From an uncultured virus (IMG/VR IMGVR_UViG_3300027631_000011) (Duplodnaviria > Heunggongvirae > Uroviricota > Caudoviricetes): 64,000 nt of DNA. The notes beneath the pieces were generated by a model that saw only the letters and a program-made list of their open reading frames with translations, was not told the DNA's origin and searched no databases. This document shows positions 36,980 to 48,800 of the stretch, in pieces. The first letter of the stretch is position 1; every line of letters begins with the position of its first letter. The position numbers were made by a program, and so were the translations under genes. The DNA is taken from the IMG/VR virus record IMGVR_UViG_3300027631_000011; one strand, written 5' to 3'.

Positions 36980-39484
36980 CTACCACTTTCTACAAGACCA
37001 ATATCTTGCCTTCCATCGTGGTCCAGGTGAATCACAATTCATTCGTGCTCTAAATGATTTACGAGCTCCAGGATTTCCCTTTTTGATAGTCATTCCTTTT
37101 TGGCCAAAGTTTACTTTTACTACGTTACCTTTAGCGTTTTTTACATACACTTTAAACTTCTTAACATCGCCTTGTGAAATTTTACCAAGTTCAACTTTTC
37201 TACCTTGATACTCCGCTTCATTTATATCAACTTTGTATGATTCAATAAATTCTACGAATTCTCTTATATCTTGTCCGTTTTCTACATCATACTCAGTTAT
37301 ATTTTCTTTCTTCATAAGTTTGTATGATGTGTGTCCCATCATTACGATACCACTCTTAACAAACTTATCTTTATTAGATTGTTTTTTAAGTGCATCATAT
37401 ACTTGAACCATTAGGTTTGCTGAATTCATATCAACTCTTACCTTCTTACCACTCTTAGTATCTTTAATCAAATCGTTTTGTTTATCTTTTACGATTTTTC
37501 TTAATTGAGTAATTACTTCAGGTTCTTTAGCTTCGTTTACCGATTCATCTATTGCTTTTGGATATGGAGTATTTTTTGCTAAATCTAAAAGAGCTTTTAA
37601 ATCAGATGCTTTATTTCTATTGTACTTATCTGCATTCTTTTTGTTTTTGAATATTGCTGATACTTTCTTTCCGTTATCATCAATCATAATAATGATACCC
37701 TTTTTACCAAAGTGTCTTTCATCAGTTACAGATAATCCTTCATTTACTGATTCTTTTAAGGGTTTCATATTTTTATCAGTAATAATATACGCTGTCATCT
37801 GTCCACCCATAGAACCACCCCTTTGGCGTTTCTCTACTTCTTTTTGAGCATCTTTATATGATTTAAACTCTATTGGGTTATCGGTAGTTTGATTCTTTTT
37901 TTTATCGTAATGTTTAACTAACGCCTTACCTTGTCCTCTACCTAAGTTACGAGTAATGTAATATCTAGCTTCGTTAACCGATTCGTGCATATCTTCGATA
38001 GAAGCTGCCATATCACCAATTGCCATAGTTACGTTTCCGTTTCTCTGATATAGATAATACTTAACACCTTTTGGGTTTGCTACATTTTGTAGAATGATTC
38101 TTTCTACTTTTTGTTTACCAACTACAGTCTTACCTTTAGTTACTTTAAACTTACCTTCTCTACCACTACTCATTGATGAACCATACTTAATTGTAATCTC
38201 ATCACCTTTTTTGAGTTTATCGTAAACTTTTAATCTTTTTTTTGTATCCATTGATTTGGCTTCGTTTACCGATTCTTTGAGTACCATTAATATAGTATCA
38301 TCAGCAGTTCCACTTTTTCCTTTTGGTGTTAAGAACTTAACTTTCATCTTTCCGTTTTTACCCGTCTTAACATCTTTACCAACAAGTATTCTACCACCCG
38401 CACTCCAAGGGTCAATGTAATCTACTTTGAAATGTTTATTTCTACCTGTTACTATTACATCACCATCTTCAATATCTTTAATATTCTTTTTAATTACTTT
38501 GGCTTCGTTTACTGATTCCTTTGTAGTTCTCCAACTACCACCTTTATCTTTATACCACTTTGATGCGAATGCGTTTGCATATGCTGATGGATATACATCG
38601 TATTTTGCTCGTGCGGCGGCAAGAGCTCTACTCCAAAGTTCTGGATTAGTTGGTTTGTTTTCTTCTGTAAGTTCGATTATTCTTTCTTCTAACTTTTTAC
38701 CTTCAACTGATTTTATGATTGTATCAACGTGTCCTTGTATATAAGAGTGTTCTTTTTCCAATCCCATCATCTTACCCATCTTCATAATGTTCTTTGCTAT
38801 ATTCTTAGCAACCATTACATAATCTTTATCAGGACTATAACCATCTCTACCAACGTGTTCTTCTATAAAGAAAAGTGCATCTTGTAATCTTACACTTCTT
38901 TCAGCCATATCCATATCAACACCCTTAGATTCTATATCACCATATAGTGATGATGCACCAGGACAGACGTGAAAATATTTAGTTTGATATTCACCTATCT
39001 TAATTTCTTCTTTATCATTTTCATCTTCGTTTGACATATTTTCTCTTGTACCACTCATATCTTCATAATCGTAAGAATGAGTTACTTCTTTAATATATTG
39101 ATTTACAAAGTTTCTAAGATTTTCATTTATACCTTCTTTAAGTGAAGATACTTTAGCACCTACAGGCCCGCCAATAAACATTGATACCCAATATGAGATA
39201 GCATCTATGATATCGTGTCCATCCCATTTTGCTGATTTAGCAATTGGTACACCATGATTCTGTTCAAGTGAATTTTCCCAATCTTTTCTACCGGCATATT
39301 TGGATTGATTTGCTTTAGGGAACATATTTGATACCTTCTTAGCTTCACTATGAAAGTTTGCATCTCTTAATGCACCTATTAGAATATGTTTTATTCCATG
39401 ATGTACTGCTGGGTCTGAACCTTTAAGCCCTTTGAAATATGCATCTAAATCTTTTTTAACTTTTTTATTTAATCTGGTATTCAT
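36980..39484 (-). CDS. Multi-module polyprotein-like protein with five ESVNE linkers
   Basis: 834 aa of unrelated small domains (for example PSAYAN...KGGSW and C-terminal ARKSFRARMNC...YWSCRKW) joined by ESVNE(A/G). Confidence 0.8.
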   Translation of the reverse strand: MNTRLNKKVKKDLDAYFKGLKGSDPAVHHGIKHILIGALRDANFHSEAKKVSNMFPKANQSKYAGRKDWENSLEQNHGVPIAKSAKWDGHDIIDAISYWVSMFIGGPVGAKVSSLKEGINENLRNFVNQYIKEVTHSYDYEDMSGTRENMSNEDENDKEEIKIGEYQTKYFHVCPGASSLYGDIESKGVDMDMAERSVRLQDALFFIEEHVGRDGYSPDKDYVMVAKNIAKNIMKMGKMMGLEKEHSYIQGHVDTIIKSVEGKKLEERIIELTEENKPTNPELWSRALAAARAKYDVYPSAYANAFASKWYKDKGGSWRTTKESVNEAKVIKKNIKDIEDGDVIVTGRNKHFKVDYIDPWSAGGRILVGKDVKTGKNGKMKVKFLTPKGKSGTADDTILMVLKESVNEAKSMDTKKRLKVYDKLKKGDEITIKYGSSMSSGREGKFKVTKGKTVVGKQKVERIILQNVANPKGVKYYLYQRNGNVTMAIGDMAASIEDMHESVNEARYYITRNLGRGQGKALVKHYDKKKNQTTDNPIEFKSYKDAQKEVEKRQRGGSMGGQMTAYIITDKNMKPLKESVNEGLSVTDERHFGKKGIIIMIDDNGKKVSAIFKNKKNADKYNRNKASDLKALLDLAKNTPYPKAIDESVNEAKEPEVITQLRKIVKDKQNDLIKDTKSGKKVRVDMNSANLMVQVYDALKKQSNKDKFVKSGIVMMGHTSYKLMKKENITEYDVENGQDIREFVEFIESYKVDINEAEYQGRKVELGKISQGDVKKFKVYVKNAKGNVVKVNFGQKGMTIKKGNPGARKSFRARMNCDSPGPRWKARYWSCRKW

Positions 39485-39486
39485 TA

Positions 39487-39912
39487 TTATGCCCCTGTCT
39501 TACTATTAGTTGGTTTTTTACCTTTAGTTCGGTTTCCACCTTTTTTAGAATCTCCTGCCTTCTTTTGGTCTGCTCTTTTCTTCTTTACAAATGTAGCTCT
39601 ACCTTTAGGTCCTAACTTATTGGCCTTTTCTTTTGATAAACAAGCGGCATATGCACCACCTTCTTTACCATCACCACACTTACCTAACTTCTGGCCATCA
39701 CTTCCATATCTATCCCATCCACCACCTGAGGTAGTGCCTTTTTTTCCTTTACCAAACCACTGTCTTAAATCCTCATTCATAAGATTTTTAGTACAAAGAT
39801 GTTCGTATAAATCAGACACACAAAACTCAACACATAGTGATGAGTCTGTTCCATTAGAAGAATAAGATTCAAATCTTTTTTGTAAATATTCTTTAATCTG
39901 TTGTTTGTTCAT
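39487..39912 (-). CDS. Basic Gly/Lys-rich hypothetical protein
   Basis: 141 aa; LMNE followed by DLRQWFGKG...GGWDRY...GKCG. Confidence 0.7.
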   Translation of the reverse strand: MNKQQIKEYLQKRFESYSSNGTDSSLCVEFCVSDLYEHLCTKNLMNEDLRQWFGKGKKGTTSGGGWDRYGSDGQKLGKCGDGKEGGAYAACLSKEKANKLGPKGRATFVKKKRADQKKAGDSKKGGNRTKGKKPTNSKTGA

Positions 39913-40483
39913 TTTTAAGTTTTCCTATAAAATCAGTTTTAAACTTTTTAAAGTCTTTATCAATTTTTTCTTCTAACTCAACTTCACTCATTCCTTCGGC
40001 CCATTCTTCAATAGAACCATCTTCATTTACGAATGATGCTTTCAACGTTGTTTTTAAAACTTCTTTTTCTAACTCAGCTTGTTTTAACCAAGCTTCAGCA
40101 TTAGATAACATCTTTTTTCTCTCATACTCTTCGTATTCACCACTTTGTTTTAAATCATATTCCATTAAGGTAACACAATCTAAACACATACCATGTATAG
40201 CTTTCATTTTTAAGTCGGCCGTACCTGGTTCGGTCATAGTACAAGTTTCTTTGTTACAATTAGGAAATGATTTTAACTCTTGTCTGAGTTTAGCCATTTT
40301 CCCAACTTTAACTTTATAACCTTTTCGTTGTTCCCACTTCTGACCTTTATTATCTGTCCAAGTTTCACCAACTTCTCTTTTTACAAATACTTTATCAGTA
40401 AATGAGATTGTTTTCTTTGTTTGGGTTTTGTGTTCCCCACCTAACATCTCTTTTACTGCTTTAATATTTTTTAACTTTGCCAT
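39893..40483 (-). CDS. Hypothetical protein with a Cys/His cluster
   Basis: 196 aa; CNKETC...HGMCLDC; ATATTTAT motif upstream. Confidence 0.75.
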   Translation of the reverse strand: MAKLKNIKAVKEMLGGEHKTQTKKTISFTDKVFVKREVGETWTDNKGQKWEQRKGYKVKVGKMAKLRQELKSFPNCNKETCTMTEPGTADLKMKAIHGMCLDCVTLMEYDLKQSGEYEEYERKKMLSNAEAWLKQAELEKEVLKTTLKASFVNEDGSIEEWAEGMSEVELEEKIDKDFKKFKTDFIGKLKNEQTTD

Positions 40484-40516
40484 AACTTTATTTTTATATA
40501 AATATGAGAATTTTAT

Positions 40517-42823
40517 TTAAAAGTACATTAATCCTAATATCTGATTCAATGATGCGAATGTACCAGTTAATTTATATGTTCCACCTTTATATGTGAATAC
40601 GATTCCTTCGTTTGGTACAATCTTATCTTTACCACCAACTGCGGCTAATCTTTCTAATTCCATTCTTAGTTTTTCAATCTTTTTAACATCACCACTTTTC
40701 TGAACTGCCTTTACAGTTTTATCTAATTCAGATTTCATAGTTCTAAGTGCTTTATCAGGATTAACTGTAAGTGCTGAACTCATAAATGAAAGTACATCTG
40801 CACCAACTCCTAAGAATATATCTTCAAACTTTCTAAGATTTTGTTTAGATATCTTTGCTTTATCCTGTTTATCTGTTTTGTTTGCCCAAGCTAATACTTT
40901 AGAATCTGAAATATTCTTTTTGTTTAATCTAAATGAGTTATCAAAGAATGCCCATCGTTTAACTAATCCCATTTTGGTTTTGTTATCTAATGTAGCTGGT
41001 GAATTCTTATCAACATAGTCTTCCCACCATGCTTGATGGTAATCAGCTACACCATTAGAATCTTTTAGTTTAAATTCTTTTTGGATTTTGTTTAATGCTG
41101 AGTGATATTTACTTTGTTTTTTTGAGAGTTCTTCTGATTGTGGTAACTTAACTACAGGTGGTCCTTGTATTGTGTAATTATCTTGTACATCTTGATTTAT
41201 TTGTTTAATCATACCAGCTAATATTCTTGCTGCTGATGTATCAGCTCCAATTGCCTTCCCATCCATATTATATTGCATTGTTCCATGAAAGACCAATAGT
41301 GGTTGTCCATAAGGAATTACATTTACTGATGTTGGGAATATAACTTCTATATTCATAAAGGATGAACCTTGATTAAATACTTTATCTCTTTGTGCTTTTG
41401 ATAATGATTTGATTGCTTTAGATAAATCTTTCATAGCGAAGTTGTATGCATCAGTTAATCCACCTCTACCTTGAAACTTAGAAGCCACTCCACTAATATC
41501 CAATGCGTTTTCACCACTATTCTTTAGGTGTCCACCATTACGAGCGGCGATTAAACCTTTATCATCTCTATAACTAATAGCAAGTGCTTGTCCATCTGTT
41601 TTTTCTCTAGCAAATTCTAACTTACCATTTAATGCGTTTGATATGATTGTTTTTAAATCACCAAAAGTTAAATTCATTTGTGTATCGAATGGATGAGCCA
41701 TATGTCCATATGCCCCACCTTCAGTAATCAATCCTTCTTGAATCTTAGTTGTTTTATCATCACCATCTTTTAATCTTTCTTCTGGTGATGGTGTTTTTAC
41801 AGCTGCATCTTTCGTATCCTCAATAGATTCTTCTGCATCTAAGAAATCAATTAACTTATATCCTACTGTTGTTGCTACGTTTGTGATATGTTTTGCCCAA
41901 GTCTTGTATGCCTGTGAACCTTTTAAATCAATATATCTTTGTGATTGTGCATCTAACCCATCGATACCTGCTGGAAAAAATGATACTGGGTATTTATCTC
42001 CTAAACTTCTTTCATTATCCGCATATATAGAATCACTATCATCATCTAATATATAATCAACTACTTGCCATCCCAATCTTTTAGCAGTTTCTTCACCAAC
42101 CGCTTTATATGATTTAGAATTACCATAAGAAAAACCAGGCCCATCATCTACACCAACTATAGTTGAGGTGGATTCGGATAATAGTTTATTAAAATTAAAT
42201 GTAGATAGAAAACTTTCCATTTGATTAGTTATTTTACCTAACTTAGTAGTTATAAACTTATATATTTTTGGATTAAATTTACCATCGTATGCTTTTTTGA
42301 AACCTTTCTTTTTAGAATCATCATTACCTAACGATAATAATTTTCTAACCTCAGTCCCACTAATACCACCACTTTGAGCTGGTGCTACATAAACATATCC
42401 TTTATCTTCGTATCCTTTTTCAATTCTATCAGGATGATATGGTTCAAAATATTTACCTTTTAATCTGTATCTATCTTTTTCACCAACAACAGTTACAAAT
42501 GCTGTAGTATCTTTATTAAATTTACCTATAATTTCTTTAGGAGCGTATGGGTTTTTTATTTGAACGATTTTAGATGATGATATTCCAAACATCTTCATCA
42601 TAATCATTTTCTTTTCGTTAAACTTAAATGGTGATTTAAGATTATCTGTTTTATTGGATGTACCAATGTAAACATTATCTCTACCAAACTGTTTTACCAA
42701 ATGTTCGTAAGTGGCATTATGTCCTTTATGAAAGGGTTGGAATCTACCAGCGTAAACTACTACCTTTTTTTCTATTCCTTCAGCTAAGATTCCCTTAACC
42801 CACTCTTTAATTAGTTTTCCCAT
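40517..42823 (-). CDS. Multidomain protein: HxGH cytidylyltransferase-like domain plus a C-terminal ligase-like (KxDG) domain
   Basis: YAGRFQPFHKGH and ISGTEVR in the N-terminal part; EKTDG, NIEV, EGIVF and YKLTG in the C-terminal part. Confidence 0.75.
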   Translation of the reverse strand: MGKLIKEWVKGILAEGIEKKVVVYAGRFQPFHKGHNATYEHLVKQFGRDNVYIGTSNKTDNLKSPFKFNEKKMIMMKMFGISSSKIVQIKNPYAPKEIIGKFNKDTTAFVTVVGEKDRYRLKGKYFEPYHPDRIEKGYEDKGYVYVAPAQSGGISGTEVRKLLSLGNDDSKKKGFKKAYDGKFNPKIYKFITTKLGKITNQMESFLSTFNFNKLLSESTSTIVGVDDGPGFSYGNSKSYKAVGEETAKRLGWQVVDYILDDDSDSIYADNERSLGDKYPVSFFPAGIDGLDAQSQRYIDLKGSQAYKTWAKHITNVATTVGYKLIDFLDAEESIEDTKDAAVKTPSPEERLKDGDDKTTKIQEGLITEGGAYGHMAHPFDTQMNLTFGDLKTIISNALNGKLEFAREKTDGQALAISYRDDKGLIAARNGGHLKNSGENALDISGVASKFQGRGGLTDAYNFAMKDLSKAIKSLSKAQRDKVFNQGSSFMNIEVIFPTSVNVIPYGQPLLVFHGTMQYNMDGKAIGADTSAARILAGMIKQINQDVQDNYTIQGPPVVKLPQSEELSKKQSKYHSALNKIQKEFKLKDSNGVADYHQAWWEDYVDKNSPATLDNKTKMGLVKRWAFFDNSFRLNKKNISDSKVLAWANKTDKQDKAKISKQNLRKFEDIFLGVGADVLSFMSSALTVNPDKALRTMKSELDKTVKAVQKSGDVKKIEKLRMELERLAAVGGKDKIVPNEGIVFTYKGGTYKLTGTFASLNQILGLMYF

Positions 42824-42842
42824 AGTAATAAATATAGTTTAA

Positions 42843-45800
42843 TTAATTATTAGAACCTTTTTCTAATTTATTAATTCTTTCAGTTAATTTTTCAATCGTA
42901 TCTGATTGTTCTTTTATAGCTTCAATTAGTAGTGGAACTATCTTTTCGTACTTAACGGCTTTGTATCCGTTTTCTCTTTCAGTAACCACCTCTGGTAGTA
43001 CTTTTTCTATCTCTTGTGCGATAACCCCTACATCATGTCCTTCGTTTCCATGTATAGTTTTCTTTTCTTCTTCTGTAAGTTCTTTCCAATCAAATTCAAC
43101 ACCTCTGATTTGTAAAACTTTAGATAAAGAACTATCAATGGTTTTAACATTTTCTTTTAATCTCTCATCTGAAGTAGAGTATGCAACAATATCGTTACCA
43201 GCATCAATTCTACCATCGGTTGAAGAAGCTGCAACATTTACACCAATCGCATCATCAATTCTAAGTCCGTTAGCATTTAATTGCATTCTCGTAACACCAC
43301 CGACTGAAAACCTCAAATCAGCTGCTCCACCCAACCACATACCTGTATCCGTATCTCCAGCAAATGCATATGTTGGTGAAGAATAAGTTCCATCTCCAAA
43401 CCTAAGTCTACCACCTGTAGGGCCAGATGAAGTTACTAAATTAGTACCATCAAAAGTTAGGTTTGTTTCCACATCAATGTTATCAGTTCCACCATAAGTT
43501 ATTAACCCATTAGCAGTACTACCATCCATTGAAATATCACTACTTCCACCACCACCACCGCCAGATGGTATTGCTTGTGTTGATAATTCACCATTAGCAT
43601 TTGCAATAACCATTCTGTTTCCAGTTCCACTTAGAATTGCCGCCTGTATAGAACTTTTAACATATAACCTACCATCGGTTGTTAATGACATCGCCCCAGT
43701 TGATTTAGTTTGGTCTTTATAACCCCACCACCAACCTCTATCTGCATCATTGTTCATAACGAAGGTTGTAGCGTAATCGTTTAGGTAACCTAATGTAACT
43801 GCGGAAACCATACCGATTCCGTATGTAGTACCACTCCAAACTGAGAACTTAACATCTGCTTGAGTAGCTGCAGTTATAACTTGATTTCCGCTCGCTGTTA
43901 AATCACCACTAAGTGATAGATTTCCATTAATATCGGCACCTGTACTGGTGATACTCATTCTTCGAGTGTCATCAAATACAAATTGTAAGTTACCCGCAGA
44001 GTTTGTTGTTAAATCATCTGGTGATTCAACTATTTTTGTATTACCACCATTCCAACTTATACCTTCAGTTGGACCAGGGTCGTTTATAACAAGATTATTA
44101 ATACCTGTAATGTTCTGATTACCCATCGCAATAGCACCAGTCATAGTACCACCAGATAGTGGTAGACCAACATTAGCACCATCTGCTACATTTAGTGCAG
44201 TTCTTGCTTGAGCAGGTGTCCATGAACGACCATAATTATCACTTCCATTTGTGCCTGTAAAGAAGCTCAATGTACCAGTTGCACCAGAGTTTGCAAATGT
44301 TCCAGTCATATTTAAGAAGTTACCAAATATGTAACCACTACTATTTCTTTGAACTACCGTACTATTACCGGCCGCGGCTGAAACTGTGTAAGGGAAACTA
44401 TAGTTGTTTGCATTTGTGGCAATACCATCCAACTTAGTTTTTAATGTTGAGGTAAAATTCTTTTGAGTTAACCCACCATCTCCAACAGAATACGTTGTGT
44501 CATTATCAGTTGCAGATAAAACACCATTTGAAATACTTAAATTAGTTCCTACCTTTATACCACCTAATGTACTAGCTGTCGCCGTTGGTAAAGAGTATGA
44601 ACTTCCACCACCACCACCACTACCTACAGATGCAGATGTAAATGTTAGTTTACCTGTATGTGTGTTTATTCTTACAAATTTATTTGATTGAGAAACATCA
44701 CCTACAAGTGTTTCAACAGGATATTGATTATCTTCTTTTAAATCTAAATATATCGATTCCCACTTCTCCGTTGGAGCACCTAATGCAAAACTAGAAGTTG
44801 TTGCAGATGAAGTAAATTCAGGAACAAAGTTTCCATAATGACCAGTAGTTGCAGGATTATCATGCCAAGTCATATAAGTATCTTTAAAGTGAACTGTTTG
44901 AGTATCAATAGAAGTAGCTCTAACAGGTTCTACCATTCTCATTTCAGTAAGTGCGAATCCTAAAGTAAATGATTCATTTGCGGTATTTTTTCCACCGAAT
45001 CTAGTACCCTCAGTTATTCTTTGGCTCATCAAACGTGAACCACTATATCTCATATTTATTTTTACTTTCAGACCAGATGATTGTGGATTGCCCAAATAAG
45101 TTCCTTCATCAAATGAACCTGTAGATTTGTTGAATTCTATATTTTGTTTATAGAATGTTGCAATATCTGTCATTGGTACATCAAACACTGCCCAATTTTT
45201 ATGAGTTGCTTTTGTATCTTTATAAGTTTTTTCCCAAACTACGTTAGAACCAGATGTATCTAAAACTTGTACTTGGTATTCAGGATTGTATCCATTAAAT
45301 GAACCTGTAGATGGGTGAGCTGTTCCTCTAACCGCAAATTGTAAGTGTACATTCCTTCTATCTTCTTTTAAAACATCAAATAAGTTAATAGTATCCGTTG
45401 TCATTGATTGGAAACTATTTGATGATGATTGGAATAATAATGCAGAAGAAGTAGCTTCGTTAAATACTAACTGATTTCCAATTAGATTTGCAGATAAAGA
45501 TGCGGATGCATCGGCGGCCGTTCTTGCGGAAGTATTTGAAACAAATACATAATCATTATTTACACCACTAATATCTTTCCAACTCTTAAATTCTTCAGGA
45601 TACCCAACACCATCAGCAGTTATTGGTGTTAAAAATTGTGGAGTACTTTGTAAGTTAGAAGATAAAGTAAATCTAACGTGGTTACCTTGAATCCTAGAAC
45701 CTGTTTGACTCAATATAGTAGATGAACCACTCATTATAAATCCACTTTCAACTGTAGACCCGGTTAACCTCGTGTCATTAGAATCTTGTGAATAAGCTTC

Positions 45801-48800
45801 GACAAATGGTAAATTATATTTTACAGTAATACTATTTGGGTTTATTACACCTGTATTAACTACCTTACCAGCTAAGAATGTATCTTGCCCATAAACCTGT
45901 TCTGCCTGTATATTACCTTTTACATCTAATGATGTTGGTTTTAAATTAAATAATGAAGAACTAATTTCAAATGTAGTTTTATTACCTTTTATAATTCCAT
46001 TATTGTTATCATCTTTAAATTCAAACTCATTTGCGAATATAGACATATCAGAACCAGATATTTTACCACCTGTAAAGTTAATTTTAGAACCCGTTACTTG
46101 TCCATCTGGTTTTTGAATATAATTTGATGATGATATCTCACCACTACTACTAATAGATAATACAGTAGAATTTCTTAGTGAACCAGATGTAGTTCCCATT
46201 CTAATAGTACCTTCACCAAATTTACTTTCCTCTGCGAATGATAGTTTTACAAAGAACTCTTCAGATGAACCATCTATACCACCATCTGATTGTAATACAC
46301 TTAGTAACTCACTAGTCGCATTTGTTTGTACTACATTATCGGAAATTCTTTCTGTTATATCGAAGGTATCATCACCAGTTTCCCCTAAAAGGTTATTTAT
46401 ACTTTGCTCAATTCCTTCAATAACTCTACTTCGTAAACCTTCAGCATTAATCTCACCTCTAACCGCTATATTTTCTGGATAGATTGCATTTTTCAATATC
46501 ATCTTAGTACTTCTAGAGACAGAACCAGTTACATATGTATGTGATACTTCAAATGGAATTCCAAATCTTCTTGAATTTGAGGTATCATTATACGTTCCAC
46601 TTGCATCAATTCTATACTTATCCCAAGTAAATAAAGTATCGTTTTGTTCTTCACCTTCACCTGTACTCTGACCGTTAAAACCTGTAGTAGGTGAGTTTGG
46701 TAAGAGTTTGTTTAAGTTTGATATTGCAAGATTTACCAATGGGTTTAAAATATACCCTTTATCTAACACCAACATATGCTTACCACTACCTGGATTACGC
46801 ATAGTGTAACTTATGTTACTACCACCCTCACTTTCAGCAGAAGTAATGAAATTTGGAAAAGAATACTCTGGTGCACCATAATAAGGTAAAAATCCATCTT
46901 GTCCTGATATGAATCCAGTTGACTGTTTATCAAATTGGTCAATATCATAGTATGGCATAAAATGCATTGATGCAGAACCAACCATCTCAAAACCACCGTT
47001 ACCAGCTTCTTCAAATTGAGATGCTAAATTGGTATTTGTATAATTTCCAGCAATAGTTACAGCAGCACTTTGTAATGCTGCATAATCTCTATCGGTTATT
47101 CCATTATTGGCCAAGTTTGGATTATATAAAAATGGTGATTCTTTTATTAATTCTTCAAGAGTTATTCCATCAGAAGATGAACGACCCCAATAGTTAGCAA
47201 CACTATTACCGGCATAAATTGATGATGCCGTTGTTTGGTTAATAATTTGTTGAATATATTTACCATCTATTGTAAGTTTTGTTACTAAATCTACAGTTGC
47301 AACTGGTAATCCTTTTTCTATTGCTTGTGATTCATAGAAGTTAGCTTTTGATTCATTTGTAACAAATGAAACAAACTGAGAGGAATGGTAAGAACTTGCA
47401 AGTGAAGAAGTTGTTGCCAGCTGACTCATCTTCGAACCACCACCGTCTATCAAAAGAGCTTGAGCGTAAAACCCCTCTGATGGTAATTCCTCACCAATTG
47501 GTGAAGCATTTGTAGATACAAATTGTAAACTTAAAGCACCTTCATGTTCATCTCTATCTGAATAATTTCCAACAACAGAAGCTGTTTGAGCAAATACAGT
47601 AAATTTGTTAAATGTATTGGTGATAGATTCTGATAAGAATGTTACTCTAGCGTTAATGAAATCATCTGTATCACCTGATTGTAATGTAGTAGTATCAAAA
47701 TATTTAAGATACCAATTTTCATTTTGTCCTAAACGATTAGTAGTAGGTGGGATATAAGAAAAACCTCTATGGTCTAAAAGTGTTGTACTACCACCAGAAG
47801 TTCCACCTCTTGGCCAACCACTAATATTTTGTCCAGATTGAGCGGCCGCCGAACCTGTAAACATTCCTAATCCATTTAGTTGTGATTGGTCATAAACTAA
47901 ATTACTTGAACTTCTAGCGGATGAAGATATTGCTAAATAATAACCATATCCTTCATTCGTAGAACCATTTTCACCAACATTTGTTATAGTTGAAATATCC
48001 CAAAACTCATCACCAATATAAAGTTGCAACGGTGTACCGTTATTTGTATCAGCTCTAGGAGCGGATAGAGCGGCGTTTGGTAAAGTTTCTGAAACATATA
48101 CTCTAAAGTCATAAATCGGCTCTCTATCTAAAACATCATCGGTAACAACTACATTACTACCTGTTATTGTAAAACTACCAATTTTACCTATTTCTGATTT
48201 AATTTCTGCAGATGAACTTAATATTAATTTAGTTGTTACTTTATCATCTAAAGTTAAGTTTTTAGTTTCATTTAATTTATTAAATGCAGTATAATTACTT
48301 GTTGAAGCTCCACCATCATTAGTTCCGTCTGTATATTGTGCATTAAACCCTACACCTTGTACTACATGAACTCTTGTTGTTCCAGGACCACCACTAAATA
48401 CACTATAGTATCCAAGTCTGTAATTATGTCCCAATTTCATAAATCCAGACTTAGGGTCAAATGATTCAACAACTACAAATTTAGTTTCATTTTGATAATT
48501 TGTACCGTATTGGAAAAGACCTTGTGGTGCACTACCAAAATTAGAAGATGATAAAATAGAACCTGATTTTATAAGTTCTCCCAAATACTCAGTAGGACAA
48601 TTTGTTTCTAAATCATCTATATAGAAGTTTTGACTTGCGAATTTAATTGAATATTCAAACGGTGGAACATTACCGTAATCGCCAAATGATTGTTTTAATT
48701 GAAAACTAGCACTTAATAAAGGTAATGCGGTTGGATTTTGATATAATGAACTATTTTCTAATTGGAATCCACCGATGTTACCACCACTAAATAATACAGA

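Noticed and set aside
6014..47014. Short same-strand out-of-frame ORFs 6014-6226, 32580-32807 and 46811-47014
   Set aside because: They are nested in well-supported genes and show no recognisable features or signals.
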